DNA of 64,000 nucleotides from a virus: IMG/VR virus record IMGVR_UViG_3300028653_000010; one strand, 5' to 3'. Shown piece by piece: positions 36,825 to 48,600 of this stretch (position 1 is its first letter; each line of letters starts with the position of its first letter). The notes under the pieces were generated by a model. It saw only the letters and a program-made list of their open reading frames with translations, ran no database searches and was not told where the DNA came from. The position numbers and the translations under genes were made by a program.

Positions 36825-38576
36825 ATGAGGCATAAAATGTCCAAGTTCCAGACCATAATCGCACTAGTTCTCGTACTCACCGCTTGCGGAAGTAATTCTG
36901 ATGGAACCCCAGTTTCCGTGAGCACGGTAGAGAGTACTGGTGGATCAGCGACCCTGAATACAGAGACTGGGTCTACGGGTGGCTCCTCTTCCGAGTCTAC
37001 GGGTGGCTCCTCGGCTAATGTAGCGGGGACCTCAGCGGTAGTTGGCGAGACGGGCGGGGACCAAGGACAAGCCACCGGCGGAAGCTCCCCCCAGAGTACA
37101 ACCTCTACGGGCGGGTTCAGCTCGATAGGCACCACGACTCCAAAGGGTACCGGCGGGAGCCCACAAGGTACCGGAGGATCAAAGGCAACTGGAGGATCAA
37201 AGGCAACTGGAGGATCAAAGGCAACCGGCGGAAGTTCTACTCAGGGTACCGGAGGATCAAAGGCAACCGGCGGAAGTTCAACCAAGGGTACCGGCGGTTC
37301 AGCTCCAGGCACCGGTGGAAGCCAAGCCACGGGAGGTTCAGCTCCAGGCACCGGAGGTTCAACTCCAGGCACCGGTGGCTCAACTCCAGGCACCGGTGGC
37401 TCAACTCCAGGCACCGGTGGCTCAACTCCAGGCACCGGTGGAAGCCCTTCGACGGGTGGAAGCTCTGCAGTAGCTCCTCCAGTCCCCACTCAGGTATCAG
37501 TTGGTTCAAGCCAAACCTGCACAGTATTGAGCAACGGCAACATCAAGTGTTGGGGGTTAAACAAGTCTGGTCAACTTGGGAACGGAACAACTAACAACAA
37601 TGCGACCCCTGTCCAAGTTACTGGAATCTCGAATGCTGTCAAAGTATCGACATACACGAGCCATACTTGCGCTCTCTTGAATGATGGTACTGTCAAATGC
37701 TGGGGCTCCGATGCTGACGGTGAGCTTGGAGATGGACGCTCTTTGCCCAATGATGCTGACCCTTACACCCCCAACCCAAACCCAGTTCAGTTCCTCGGGG
37801 TGTCAAATGCGATTGATGTCGTTGTTGGGAACTTCTACACCTGTGTCCTTCTTGCTGACCATACCGTATGGTGTGTAGGGTACAACAAGTATGGGACCCT
37901 TGGTAACGGCATTGATGGCACTTCGAGCGACTACTACTACTCTGCAACCCTAACTCAGGTGGTCGGGATCACCAACGCGATAGGGATAGCGGCAAACGCA
38001 AGCTTCGCTTGCGCCTTGCTGAGTGACAAGACCATCAAGTGCTGGGGGCAAAGTCTCAACGGAGAGTTTGCAACAACTACTACCACCAAGTCAACATCAA
38101 CCCCAATAGCAATTCAGAGCATCTCGAATGCTATTCAGTTCTCTGTTGGGTCCAGCAATATCTGCTACATATCTGATGCCAACCAATCTTTTTGCTGGGG
38201 GTCACAATACAATAGCACAGTACCAACCCTAGCCCCCTCCACAATAACCTATCAGACGATTAGCTTACAGAACTCTGGGATAGCAGCAGGCTCATCCCAT
38301 GCCTGTGGAGTTTACAGCCGCCCCTCACTCACTACAACCTCAGAAGTTGAATGCTGGGGTTTTAACGAGAGTGGTGAGTTAGGTGATGGAACAACGAAGA
38401 CCAACAATATCGGCGTAGTTGTACCTGGGATCCTAGACGCCACAAGCGTGGCAGTCGGGGCTAATGAATCGACCTGCGCAGTTCTCAAGAGTGGAACTAT
38501 AAAGTGCTGGGGCAAGCTGACTGGCAACTTGTCCTTACCTGTGAGTTCATCTCCAGTAACTCCCGACGGATTCTGA
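36825..38576 (+). CDS. lipoprotein with Gly/Thr/Ser linker and RCC1-like repeats
   Basis: LTAC lipobox; TGGS repeats; several HTCA...VKCWG.N..GQLG repeats. Confidence 0.9.
   Translation: MRHKMSKFQTIIALVLVLTACGSNSDGTPVSVSTVESTGGSATLNTETGSTGGSSSESTGGSSANVAGTSAVVGETGGDQGQATGGSSPQSTTSTGGFSSIGTTTPKGTGGSPQGTGGSKATGGSKATGGSKATGGSSTQGTGGSKATGGSSTKGTGGSAPGTGGSQATGGSAPGTGGSTPGTGGSTPGTGGSTPGTGGSTPGTGGSPSTGGSSAVAPPVPTQVSVGSSQTCTVLSNGNIKCWGLNKSGQLGNGTTNNNATPVQVTGISNAVKVSTYTSHTCALLNDGTVKCWGSDADGELGDGRSLPNDADPYTPNPNPVQFLGVSNAIDVVVGNFYTCVLLADHTVWCVGYNKYGTLGNGIDGTSSDYYYSATLTQVVGITNAIGIAANASFACALLSDKTIKCWGQSLNGEFATTTTTKSTSTPIAIQSISNAIQFSVGSSNICYISDANQSFCWGSQYNSTVPTLAPSTITYQTISLQNSGIAAGSSHACGVYSRPSLTTTSEVECWGFNESGELGDGTTKTNNIGVVVPGILDATSVAVGANESTCAVLKSGTIKCWGKLTGNLSLPVSSSPVTPDGF
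37140..37460 (+). repeat. coding tandem repeats (18-bp GGSKAT and 21-bp PGTGGST units)
   Basis: ggaggatcaaaggcaact tandem copies and ccaggcaccggtggctcaact tandem copies. Confidence 0.85.
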
Positions 38577-38595
38577 TAGTCAAGTAGAAGCATAA

Positions 38596-38626
38596 AGGGC
38601 TCACTGGCGCACAGCCGGTGAGCCCT
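38596..38626. terminator. bidirectional terminator hairpin
   Basis: AGGGCTCACTGGC-GCACA-GCCGGTGAGCCCT between convergent genes. Confidence 0.75.
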
Positions 38627-38635
38627 CTTGGTTTA

Positions 38636-41600
38636 TCAAGTACCTGCTGCACCTACGACATGCTTGGCAAACAACCACTTGCCACCAGTATGCGGGGTAG
38701 TCACGTCTAGAGATCCACCACTAACCGAAGCCTCTGGTTTAATCTCGACAGTTCCAGAGCTAACATTCGGAATAGTGAAGGAGAAGGGTACCGTTAGGTA
38801 CACATCAACACCATTGTCCATAGGGAATTGATACGAGGTGATGTCCAATGGAGTAACTCCATCAACTATTATCAAGTGGAAGCTAGCTGCGTTACCAGCA
38901 GATGCCGCTGCTACCAAGTGGACAATGACTGAACCCTCTAGAATGTCACCCCCCTCTACAGCGAACGACTGCGCGAACGCACTAAGCAGGACTGGAGAGG
39001 ATGAAGTGACAGGGTTAGCCGAAGTTATTGGGTTAACGATACTAGCACTGTTAACAACAACCCTCTCTGAAACACCCTCAAGGTATCGAGTAACAGAGCT
39101 ACCATCTGAATACTTGAGTTGTGTACTAGAGGATATCGGGCTGCCAACTGCGTAAATAGCACTAGTGCAGTTGAGCGGCATAGTCGGTGGATCTGTAGTA
39201 GAATCAACAATCCCTATGCCATTATTACCACTGCTAGACCCTCGGAAGGCCAAACCAGTTCTATCTGCTCCTAGTGTCGGGTAAGCCTCAGAACCTAGGA
39301 ACAAGTTGATGGCTCCAGCATTACCTCCACTGGGACCATGAGCACCTGAGACTAGAACGAGGTCCCCACCGTTATGGGATGAACCACCAGCTTGATCACC
39401 TTTTTGGGCTTGTACCTTGAGTACAGTACCATCTTGACCTGCAACTGCATCCTGCTGAGAGATAACAGGGTGAAATACTGTTGGATCAAAGTTAAGAGCG
39501 CTAACATCAACAGTAACCGCTGCCTGATTGATAGTGGCCACTGTCACTGGTGAGGGAGACATGGTTGTACCAGTCTCAACCTGTAAGAACACCTGACCCG
39601 AGCGAGCAAAAGAACCCTTACCAGCCTTCAGGTAAATGTCACCACCCTGATGCTGATGAGAGACATCACCCGTGGCGTTACCAGCAAAGATACCCAGGTC
39701 ACCACCCTTGCCGAAGAAAGCTGCTGCTACATCAGCAGACTTAATGGTGAGGGTTTCACCATCACCATTAACGGGTTTCTGCCCTATCTTAGGGGCTAGA
39801 ACTCTTGAACTAAAAGTCAGACTATAGACGTCAATAGCGTTCGGATCACCCAACTCGGTGATATTGTGGTCAAAAAATGTACTCTCAATGTCGGTAGCAC
39901 TGATCAGTACATTAGTGCGTAATCCATTAGATATTTGAACAGTTCCAGTTCGACCTGATCCGGTGCCATGCCCTGCTACGATATGAATAATACCACCATC
40001 GTTATTCCCAGGGGCTGCAGTCTGGGACTTAATGGTGAGTGTGGATCCATTACCTGATACAGCATCAGCTTGATCTATTGTGGTGTTGGTAGTCTCAGCA
40101 GTGAAGTGTATTCCATAGTCCCCAGCACTATCTGGACCAAGAATGAGATCCGTATTGGTGAAGCTAACTACTGTAACAAGAGGTCCTATCCTAACGGATA
40201 CTGAACCATTAGTGATAGTACCAAGCCCCGCTGATATGGTGACATTTCCACCATTACCAGAGACACCCGCAGTCCCACCTCGGATAGCAACACTCCCACC
40301 ATTCCCGTTGAAGGTGGTGCCGCCTGCTAGAGTAACTCCACCACCATTACCTGAAGAACCCGTGCAGGCTCCACCCGTTAGAACGAGCCCACCAGCGGAT
40401 CCAGAACCGCTTGAGGTTCCAGGAGTAAGTATGAGGTTGCCTGTGCCAGCAGTCCCCGTACCGTCTCCAGTACTAACAATTAGCGAACTGGTGGTACCAG
40501 AGGATAGATTAGAAGTACTAATGCGTGAGGCATTAGTGAATGTGATTGCATTGGACGAGACTACTACGTTTCCAGCAACTAATAGATTGTCAATCAAAAC
40601 CAGTGCTGTGAGGGTAGGGATGTTTGTCCAGAAGTTGCGGACCCCATCACTGGCGTAGACAGTATCATTCGCGCCAATCGGAATAGCTGGTGTCGGAGAA
40701 GGAGCCGTGATCTGAGCGATAGTCTTCCCAAGAGGGAGTTGGATCACACTTGGGTCAACATCGTAGAATGTGTGATTGCTTAGAAGGGGGTGGCCTTCGA
40801 TACGGTAGGTGTCAGCCGCTGCATACCCTTCACTTGACCCATTCGTCCCCAATAGGATCATGGCTTCGATTGGGGTCGTCCCAAGCTCCATGACCTGGGT
40901 AGCGATGGTCATCATCAGCTCGTCACCGCCGGAGACCTCAGTTGACCCAACGGAGGTAGGAGCATTCCTAACAAGGAACGCACGACCGACAAGGACTCGA
41001 GTACCCTTACCAGAACCCAAGAGCCTGGAGTAAGTGGCAAAGATCTCACCGCCAGGTCGATCCCCAGAACCAACGAAAGCTGAGCCACCTCGATTGGTCC
41101 TGTAGTTAAGCAACTGAGTGTAATCGGAGGACTCTCCGTCAACCATCACCAGGACGTCACCAGGCACGCCCGCGGATACAGAAGCCGGCATCGCCAAAAC
41201 CTCTGTCTGATCTAACTCTAAGGTGCGAGCGAGACCCGCGACCCCCGAGCCTACGCCAGCTGTATCCATGTAGACAAAGGGTGAGGACAACTCATCCGAG
41301 AACCTGGACCCATGAAAGTCTTTGTCGCGGTATAGCGCGCCCAAGGGGAGCCGTTCAGTGCACCCTAGGTACTCTGGGTTGGCTTCTAGATCCCCGTAGT
41401 TGGCGAGGCTCCCAAGCGCTCCAGACTTGACGAGAGGTCTTGGGTTAGATGGCCCAAGAGGCGGATAAGGTGCGCTTGGGTCAGTTGGATCTTCGTACCC
41501 TACGTTTCGAATGTCGTAAGCATTCGCTACCGAGAAGTCACCAGAGAGACGACCGGTACCCAACGTGGTCACGAAACCAATTGAAGCTAGGACCTCTACT

Positions 41601-44600
41601 GGCTTCTGGTTTGGACGAGTGAGCATGTTGGGAATGAGCGAGGTCGAAGCCAGCTGGAAAGCGTTTGCACTCGTCAATGGACCTGGAGTGAACCCCTTGT
41701 CTGAGAACGAAGTGGCGGTTCCCCATGCATCCCCTTGGTACGGAGTCCTACTGTAGTTGATGAGTGCCGTATCAGACCCAGAGATAGGTCCTGGCAAGAT
41801 TGCATAGGGAGCTATCAGACTCCCCGGGGCTGTGCTCAGAGCAAGCTTGAATGGCTGAGTTAGATCGAATGAATTACGATCAAAGCCGAACACACAAGCT
41901 TCGATGACATAGTTCCCAGAGTCGAAGGTGGGGATCAGATTGGGGGACTTTGTTATGTCGATAGTATCGGCATTTAGGATGAAGGTACTGTCCCCATTGA
42001 CATCTTTTTCAATCCAGAATGTCGGCCCGTTGAAGTCACCGCGCAGTAGGTTGGTAGCTCCTGTACCAGTAAAGGTACGACCCCCACTCATAGTGAAAGA
42101 CGATCCGTGGGTCTTGTAGTCTTGAGCCTCATAGACAGCGAACAACCTTGCGATACCGTAGTAAGGAGGAAGTTCTAGGCCATGACGTCCCAACCCTCGT
42201 GCAGTTGAAAGCGCTCCGACTACCGTCGGGTCATCATTGAAGGTACGAATACCCGCATAATTAGAGGTATATGCAAAACTCCCGTAGTGCAGCAACCCGT
42301 TGTAATCTGCGGGCAACGAGGTTGACAGATTCAGGGTAGAGAATACAGCGGCTGTACCACCAATTGTGTAATTGATGTAGTTGTTGTTAAAGGATGTCCC
42401 AGTAGGAGTACTGCCTTCTTGGGACATCAGCATGAAGTTGATGCCTCGATGGAAGTTGCCACCTCCTGTGACCGGGATGATGGGTACTTCTACTGCACCC
42501 CACCCAGGAACCAAGTGTCGAGGAAGAATGACATACTGGGAGTGGTCAAAAAGACTCAACGGGTCAGGGTTATGCCCGTCAAGAACATGCATTATGCTAC
42601 CGGTAATCGGGGTAGGGATTGGGAACTGAATCGCTTGGAACGGAGAGATGACTACTGTCTTTGACCCAAGATCCGCATAAGCTTCAGCTGTTACTGGTAG
42701 AAGGCTCTTATAGGTGTCCCCTCTAAACTTGCTCCAAAGTGGAGCCCAAGCTGTTCGAAGTGAGAAAGTACCTGTTTGAGAGTACTCTGCCTGGTGGAGT
42801 AGCTGAGAGTTTGGATTCAACAAAGTGACGCTGTGAATTGAATCCGGGCGCCTGGATAAGCCCCTACCACCACCATACTGAATGTGCGTTGTGATATAGA
42901 GGTTTGCAGTACCGCTAGTCGGGAAAGCATTCCCCGAGTTGATAGTGATCACCAGATCGTCTGTCGGACCTGGATTAGGCGGAGTAACAGTGAAGTTGTG
43001 TTGTGCTAGTGGGGTTGCCTGTCCCTCGACACGAATCTGAAGTGCACCCACACCTTTTCGAATGACGTAGGTCGACAGGACCGCTGCCGGAATGGTTGCG
43101 GTTACGGTAAGGACAGTAGTCGTTACCTGGGTGATCGTATAAGACCCAGCTGCCGCGCCTGCAAAGATGACTAGCGTATCCCCAACTTCGACCCCATTGG
43201 TTACGTAATCACCAGAGGCATCGATGAACTGCAGTGTTCCAGAGGAAGTACCGGTTCCCGCTGCAGGCTGGTCGTTGAGGAATCTGATCTGGTCAGCATC
43301 CGGAACTGACACCCCAGTCTTGAACTGGGCTACTGGAATACTGATCCGGTCACCAATACTCCAAACGCCAGTTGAACCCTGAAATGAAATGCTAGATGTA
43401 ATCTGTAGACCCCAAATCTGGGTGCCATCCAGAGGGAAGCTTGGAGTTGAACTCCAAGTAGCTGGCTTGCAGATCACCTCGACTGGCTGCTGAACAGCAG
43501 CATCTGAGAAGATCATTCGAATAAGATCAGGGCCATCAAGTCCAGTAATACCCAGACTGATTGGAGGGGTTAAGCTGATCTTATCTTCATAGAGGAGGTA
43601 GATACCGCGCGGGTCGGTACCTGTCCTCTTCCAGTTTGCCCGTAGTTGCCCTCGTAGCAACTTATCCAGGTTCGACTTGAGCATGTTGTCGTAGTTGAAC
43701 CCAGCGGGGTTAACTGCGTGCCTCAAGTCGTGAATGTCGGTTCCTGTAACCTGATCCGAGTATAGCCCGTCAGGACGAGTCGATACCACCGTAATGGTCG
43801 CACCAGCCTTGTGAACTGCCGGTGCAGTTCCATTCGCCCCACGACCCGTTATGGTGATATTGGTACTAGAGATACCAGAATAGGTGATTAGTTCCTCGTC
43901 AATCCTGATCGTTACAGGAGAACTTGGAGCTAATGGAAGCGGGATACTTGAAGCTGAAACCAGAATTGCAGGAGAGGAGGATGCACTTAGGTCAGAAGCA
44001 AGAGTAGGTACTGTCGAGAATGTTAGAGTACCAGTACGATCAACGGCGGTAGGATTACGGTTGAAACCACCGTTGAGGTTCTGAGAAGGCTCACCTGTCC
44101 ACGAGATGGAATTGCGTCGGAAAACGATGCAAATAGGGATTGCGTAGACATAGCCGTCCACGGTACCTAGAACATTCGCAGTACCATCGCCAGCTCTCCA
44201 AAGACCTGGATCACCCAACTCCTCACGCATATTCGTGAAGGTGTAGCCACCCACAGAGGGTGGCGTAGCTTGAGCTCCTTGGGCTTTGACCACTGTTGGA
44301 TCAAAACCGTCAGGGTTGGTTCCGAGGTTAATGAGACCCTTGACGACTCGAATCCGATACTGCAGCTGAATGCGTTCGGTTGTCTCCTCACCAATCGCCG
44401 GATCAAGTAGGTCATCAGCAAGGTAGCTGAAGCCTCCTTCGATGTTGCCGTACTTGTAGATGGCGGACCCATTCGGCTTGTTGAGAGTCGACGGGTAGGG
44501 TCCAACCCGAGCTTTCCAGACCTCAAGGAACACAAAGTCAGGCCGAGCATCGCCAGTCAACCCCGGAGGTGGGTCAAGGAGAATCTTGTTCCAGGTGTCC

Positions 44601-44959
44601 ACATCATCCGGACTCCCTGGAGGGTCCCCAGTCTGAGTACCGGTGACAGGAACCAACCAACCATTGACGGCCGCCCACATGATGGACTGCTTGTCGCCAA
44701 CACGCTGTCGGCCAAACTTGAACCAGTTGGACCAAGTTGGATCAGTCTGATAGTCCTTTGAAGGGTTGATGTCGTTTCCGAACCAACCTGAGGGGGTCCC
44801 CAGCAAGACCTTCTGACGGTCCCAGCCAGCAGCCAAATCACCTACGAGGTTCCATTCGGAGTCGAGTGGCGGTAGACCCTCTTGCCACAGAACACTCAGG
44901 AATTGAGTAGTAGCTGGGTCAAGAACTCTGGAGACGCCCTCACCGTAATTATTCGACAT
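38636..44959 (-). CDS. large baseplate/tail fibre protein
   Basis: 2107 aa; QEG.P.LDSEWN N-terminus typical of baseplate-attached proteins; C-terminal Gly-rich GGx(V/L)x(L/I)xxG repeats. Confidence 0.75.
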   Translation of the reverse strand: MSNNYGEGVSRVLDPATTQFLSVLWQEGLPPLDSEWNLVGDLAAGWDRQKVLLGTPSGWFGNDINPSKDYQTDPTWSNWFKFGRQRVGDKQSIMWAAVNGWLVPVTGTQTGDPPGSPDDVDTWNKILLDPPPGLTGDARPDFVFLEVWKARVGPYPSTLNKPNGSAIYKYGNIEGGFSYLADDLLDPAIGEETTERIQLQYRIRVVKGLINLGTNPDGFDPTVVKAQGAQATPPSVGGYTFTNMREELGDPGLWRAGDGTANVLGTVDGYVYAIPICIVFRRNSISWTGEPSQNLNGGFNRNPTAVDRTGTLTFSTVPTLASDLSASSSPAILVSASSIPLPLAPSSPVTIRIDEELITYSGISSTNITITGRGANGTAPAVHKAGATITVVSTRPDGLYSDQVTGTDIHDLRHAVNPAGFNYDNMLKSNLDKLLRGQLRANWKRTGTDPRGIYLLYEDKISLTPPISLGITGLDGPDLIRMIFSDAAVQQPVEVICKPATWSSTPSFPLDGTQIWGLQITSSISFQGSTGVWSIGDRISIPVAQFKTGVSVPDADQIRFLNDQPAAGTGTSSGTLQFIDASGDYVTNGVEVGDTLVIFAGAAAGSYTITQVTTTVLTVTATIPAAVLSTYVIRKGVGALQIRVEGQATPLAQHNFTVTPPNPGPTDDLVITINSGNAFPTSGTANLYITTHIQYGGGRGLSRRPDSIHSVTLLNPNSQLLHQAEYSQTGTFSLRTAWAPLWSKFRGDTYKSLLPVTAEAYADLGSKTVVISPFQAIQFPIPTPITGSIMHVLDGHNPDPLSLFDHSQYVILPRHLVPGWGAVEVPIIPVTGGGNFHRGINFMLMSQEGSTPTGTSFNNNYINYTIGGTAAVFSTLNLSTSLPADYNGLLHYGSFAYTSNYAGIRTFNDDPTVVGALSTARGLGRHGLELPPYYGIARLFAVYEAQDYKTHGSSFTMSGGRTFTGTGATNLLRGDFNGPTFWIEKDVNGDSTFILNADTIDITKSPNLIPTFDSGNYVIEACVFGFDRNSFDLTQPFKLALSTAPGSLIAPYAILPGPISGSDTALINYSRTPYQGDAWGTATSFSDKGFTPGPLTSANAFQLASTSLIPNMLTRPNQKPVEVLASIGFVTTLGTGRLSGDFSVANAYDIRNVGYEDPTDPSAPYPPLGPSNPRPLVKSGALGSLANYGDLEANPEYLGCTERLPLGALYRDKDFHGSRFSDELSSPFVYMDTAGVGSGVAGLARTLELDQTEVLAMPASVSAGVPGDVLVMVDGESSDYTQLLNYRTNRGGSAFVGSGDRPGGEIFATYSRLLGSGKGTRVLVGRAFLVRNAPTSVGSTEVSGGDELMMTIATQVMELGTTPIEAMILLGTNGSSEGYAAADTYRIEGHPLLSNHTFYDVDPSVIQLPLGKTIAQITAPSPTPAIPIGANDTVYASDGVRNFWTNIPTLTALVLIDNLLVAGNVVVSSNAITFTNASRISTSNLSSGTTSSLIVSTGDGTGTAGTGNLILTPGTSSGSGSAGGLVLTGGACTGSSGNGGGVTLAGGTTFNGNGGSVAIRGGTAGVSGNGGNVTISAGLGTITNGSVSVRIGPLVTVVSFTNTDLILGPDSAGDYGIHFTAETTNTTIDQADAVSGNGSTLTIKSQTAAPGNNDGGIIHIVAGHGTGSGRTGTVQISNGLRTNVLISATDIESTFFDHNITELGDPNAIDVYSLTFSSRVLAPKIGQKPVNGDGETLTIKSADVAAAFFGKGGDLGIFAGNATGDVSHQHQGGDIYLKAGKGSFARSGQVFLQVETGTTMSPSPVTVATINQAAVTVDVSALNFDPTVFHPVISQQDAVAGQDGTVLKVQAQKGDQAGGSSHNGGDLVLVSGAHGPSGGNAGAINLFLGSEAYPTLGADRTGLAFRGSSSGNNGIGIVDSTTDPPTMPLNCTSAIYAVGSPISSSTQLKYSDGSSVTRYLEGVSERVVVNSASIVNPITSANPVTSSSPVLLSAFAQSFAVEGGDILEGSVIVHLVAAASAGNAASFHLIIVDGVTPLDITSYQFPMDNGVDVYLTVPFSFTIPNVSSGTVEIKPEASVSGGSLDVTTPHTGGKWLFAKHVVGAAGT

Positions 44960-45024
44960 TCTCTACCTCTGGATCTAGATCCGTTCCACAGAGGAAGAGC
45001 TATCAAAACAACATTGGGGGGGTA

Positions 45025-45672
45025 TTAGAAAGTCAGCCGCCAAACAATAGTTAGGGTCGAGGTGGCAGGCTTGTTCTGAACTGGAAACGTAAGGTAGTTA
45101 GCCATCGTTTCCTTCTGGGTCAAATCAACTGTCGCGTCATACGGGCCATTTGGAGGTGAAACTGGGTTCCTAGTAGCCATGTTGGTTGAAATAGTCCCAC
45201 CTAGGATGCCCATCTCAACAAGAGGCCCTACCGCCTCTGATTCCGTGAAGGTGGTTACAAAGTCAACTACATTTGTCGGGACCGCTGTTGGGTTGCCAAG
45301 AGAATCCACGAAGTTAGACGAGGCAAACACCTTCCGTGTCAACTCAGCGAATAGAGCCCGTTGGGTTAGTGTAGCCGCCGGGGGCGCCATCGGATTCCAA
45401 CCAGTATCCCCGGTACCGATAGCCAAGCAGAGACCCCCATGCAACCCTGTCTCAGCATTGTTCTTGAAGAGACGCGCAACCAAGATCGAAGCATCTCGAA
45501 CTACAAGGTTGTCATAATGGCGTTGTTCTTGAATCTCTCCGGTCCTGCCATCCCGAAGGACCATGAAGACTTCACCCTTCTTGATGCAAGTCATCCTATC
45601 CTCATAGCGACAAGTCATCGCCATGGACACAGCTTCTCTAATCCGCTTGAATGTGTCGCTAACCTTGAACAT
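45025..45672 (-). CDS. tail-collar/baseplate wedge-type structural protein
   Basis: NLVV...LAIGTGD...FTESEAVGPLVEMGI...K...LTIVWRLTF pattern. Confidence 0.7.
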   Translation of the reverse strand: MFKVSDTFKRIREAVSMAMTCRYEDRMTCIKKGEVFMVLRDGRTGEIQEQRHYDNLVVRDASILVARLFKNNAETGLHGGLCLAIGTGDTGWNPMAPPAATLTQRALFAELTRKVFASSNFVDSLGNPTAVPTNVVDFVTTFTESEAVGPLVEMGILGGTISTNMATRNPVSPPNGPYDATVDLTQKETMANYLTFPVQNKPATSTLTIVWRLTF

Positions 45673-45685
45673 TACCTACTCCAAT

Positions 45686-48600
45686 CTATAAATCTAATCC
45701 GGAGTCCCCAGAGAAACTGATCGATAGGGACACTACAGGTGGGTCGAATACCATTGACACTTGGTCATCAGAGAAAGCAGACAGTAGGTCTGGCTCACCT
45801 GAAGATCTCTCGATTACCTCAAGCCTGTTGTACAGAACCCCATCCGGGACATTGAACCGTACCCTGAGAGAGGGTACATTACCAAGAGGACCAAAACCAA
45901 AGCCATCGACGCCCAGAGCCGCGCCACCAAACCCAGTAGCACCATAAGGTGGGAACGGGGGTATCGACTTCTTGCGAACGTCGTAAGTTTGAGTAGAGGG
46001 TACAAGAGGAGTTCCGTCATTCAACTGAGTGAAGGCGTGAACGTTGGGGTTGTTCACGTATTCCTCCCAAAGGTAAGGAACTCCAGTTGAGGCAGATGAG
46101 TACTGAGTATGGTTGTGGGCTACCTTCCCAAAGAGATGTTCCGGCGAACTCATGACATTCCGCTGGTTAGATACTTGGTGAGGAGGGACTGCCTTGACCT
46201 CGATGGGAGCCCGAGTGATCCCATACTGCAGGAACGACCAAGCAGTCTGAGACAAGTTAGTTGGGTCGAAGGCTCCCCAGGTTACTGAGGGCAGGCCTCG
46301 ATTGAACTGACCTGGAAGCCCGAGCGAGCTAGATGGGAGAGTCGTGTTGTTGTACTCAATCTGGATGATTGGAGTAGTACTCGAGTCAATAAACAACCCA
46401 ACGAACCCACCAGGGTCTCGAAGTAACTGATAGGTGTGATCCATCGTCCATTCTAATTGAGACGGAATCCTATACTCAACTATCGTGTGTCCAGGCTGAG
46501 GAAACTGATTTGTAAATGTGATAGTGTTAGTACTTACCAAGAATACTGAGTATACCCCTCGATTAGCTCCGAAATCTATGATGACGTCATCCCCACCTTG
46601 AACTCCAGAAGCGACAAAGTCCGCCAAGAGATCAGTGAGTTGATTACCAGCTGTCCTAGCTGAACCCTTAGCCTTAAGAGGCAGATAGTACCCAAGAAGG
46701 CTGTTTGAGTCAGCTCCCTTCCAAATACCAACGTAGTGCGATACTCCAGTGGGGTTTTGGGATCTCCAACCATTCACATAGTACCAATCCACCACGGAAA
46801 GAGATTGACTACTGCTAGCTGTCGAGGATCCGAACGAGAGTATCGGGGTTGATACTGGAGAGACCGTAGTGAACCCAGAGTATGCGAAGGAGCCAAGGAG
46901 CGTTCCATCAACGAATAGAATCACCAAGTCAGCTGCAGTGTTCTTGGCTACACGGTAGATATGTGGCTGATGGTCATCCCAATTGAAAGGAAATGATGCG
47001 AGTACAAGTCCATCCGAGTGGAGAGCTACCTCAGGGACTGGAGTCTTTCTTAGCATGACCCCAATAGTTTTGGTGCCATCATAGACGTCAGACGTCGCGC
47101 CACAGAATTGATCTGACGTCAAGTCAGGAGTTGAGGATAGAACAGCACACTTAAACTCGTAGTAGTAGTCAATTGATGCTGAAAAGATCCGATTAACAGA
47201 GGACGAGATCTCAAGATCATCTATGGCGAAGACACGCCCATCAACTAAACTATTGTCACTAATCCGGAGAGTGCGTCCGACCATAACCACTGGGGCTCCA
47301 CCAAGAGAAGTCCAAGAGCGTGGGGTTGCCTCTTGTGGAAGCGACCGACCTGGATAACTAACCTTCGGTTGTGGGGTTGTCGGGAAGAAGCAAACTTGAA
47401 CGAGACGATTCCCATCGTCTATCGCCACCATAACAGCGTTCGGAGTAATCCCATGGGTGAACGTTCGAAGGCTGACTTCGAAGTCAAGTACTGTATTGGA
47501 AGTTGTACCCAACAATGGCTCAATACGAGTGAACCCTTTGAAGTCACCACCGACTAGACCGACTTCCTGCGAGGTTGGTAGATCAGTCGCCGAGGTAGAG
47601 TCGAGTACCAATGCTCCACCGAGTAGGCTCTCGTTCCCATGGTACCCAACTGGAGTCCACGGAGGCGAGGCATCCTCTGGTAGCAGGGTCGGAATATAGG
47701 AAGCAAAGGATGACGGGACGCTTTGCTGAGGATTGGTGGGCAGGACTAAATAGTGAACGAAATCCCAAGCACTCCGGCTTGTAGCTCCTCTGCTCAAAGC
47801 TCCGAAGAATATGTTCTGAATCTCGTTGAAGGAGTCGTTCAGCTCCTCTAAGAATGGTAACTGGTCCTCGGATATAGCCAGGCTGGCCACAACCTCACCA
47901 TCGACATAGAACCTGACAACACCACTTGTATCCCGAAACAGGCGATAAGAGTGGAGGACAGACCAGTCGAAGGTAAATGGTAGCCCTGTCGGGTTGCCAA
48001 GACTATCGACCCCACCAGACCAAGCTGTAATAAGGGTTGGGTTGTTTCCATTACCTCTTGTGAGGAATCCAATCTTGCGCACCCCACCATCAAGCAAGTA
48101 CCCGAGGATCACAGCTCGATTACTATCGGACCACCCAGTGCAAAGCCCGGTGAAGACTCCGTCAGGGGTCGTAGCATCAACCCTCAAGCGCCAAGTCGTT
48201 GCATAGGCATGAGGGAAGGTCAGGTCAACACCACGGCTCCAATAGAATGGTTGCCCCTCAGGGAACGGCCCAATCGTGTTGCTGATGACGGTTAGGATGC
48301 CGCCGGTGACTGAAGCTGTTCCTGTACCAACTCGCTGCCACGGATTGGCGGAGTCAGCTTCAGGTAGTGAGTTAGCATCATAGGCTACGGATACCTGAGA
48401 TATCTGACGAGACAGAGGCGGGAACGCAACTCGATTCTTCGGAGTATTCAACAACAATGAAGTCGGGTCATTCGAGAGAGCAGTGTAGGCCCGCTCATAC
48501 GCCCGATAGAACAGCTCACGAAGTTTTGGCTGTGGCTTTGGGGCTCGAATGTCATCATCCGAGATCCTAGCCTGTGCACCCCTAGTTGATTGAATCGCGT

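Noticed and set aside
37140-37460. Tandem repeats as a CRISPR array
   Set aside because: No spacers; units are 18 or 21 bp, in frame, and encode a Gly/Thr/Ser linker
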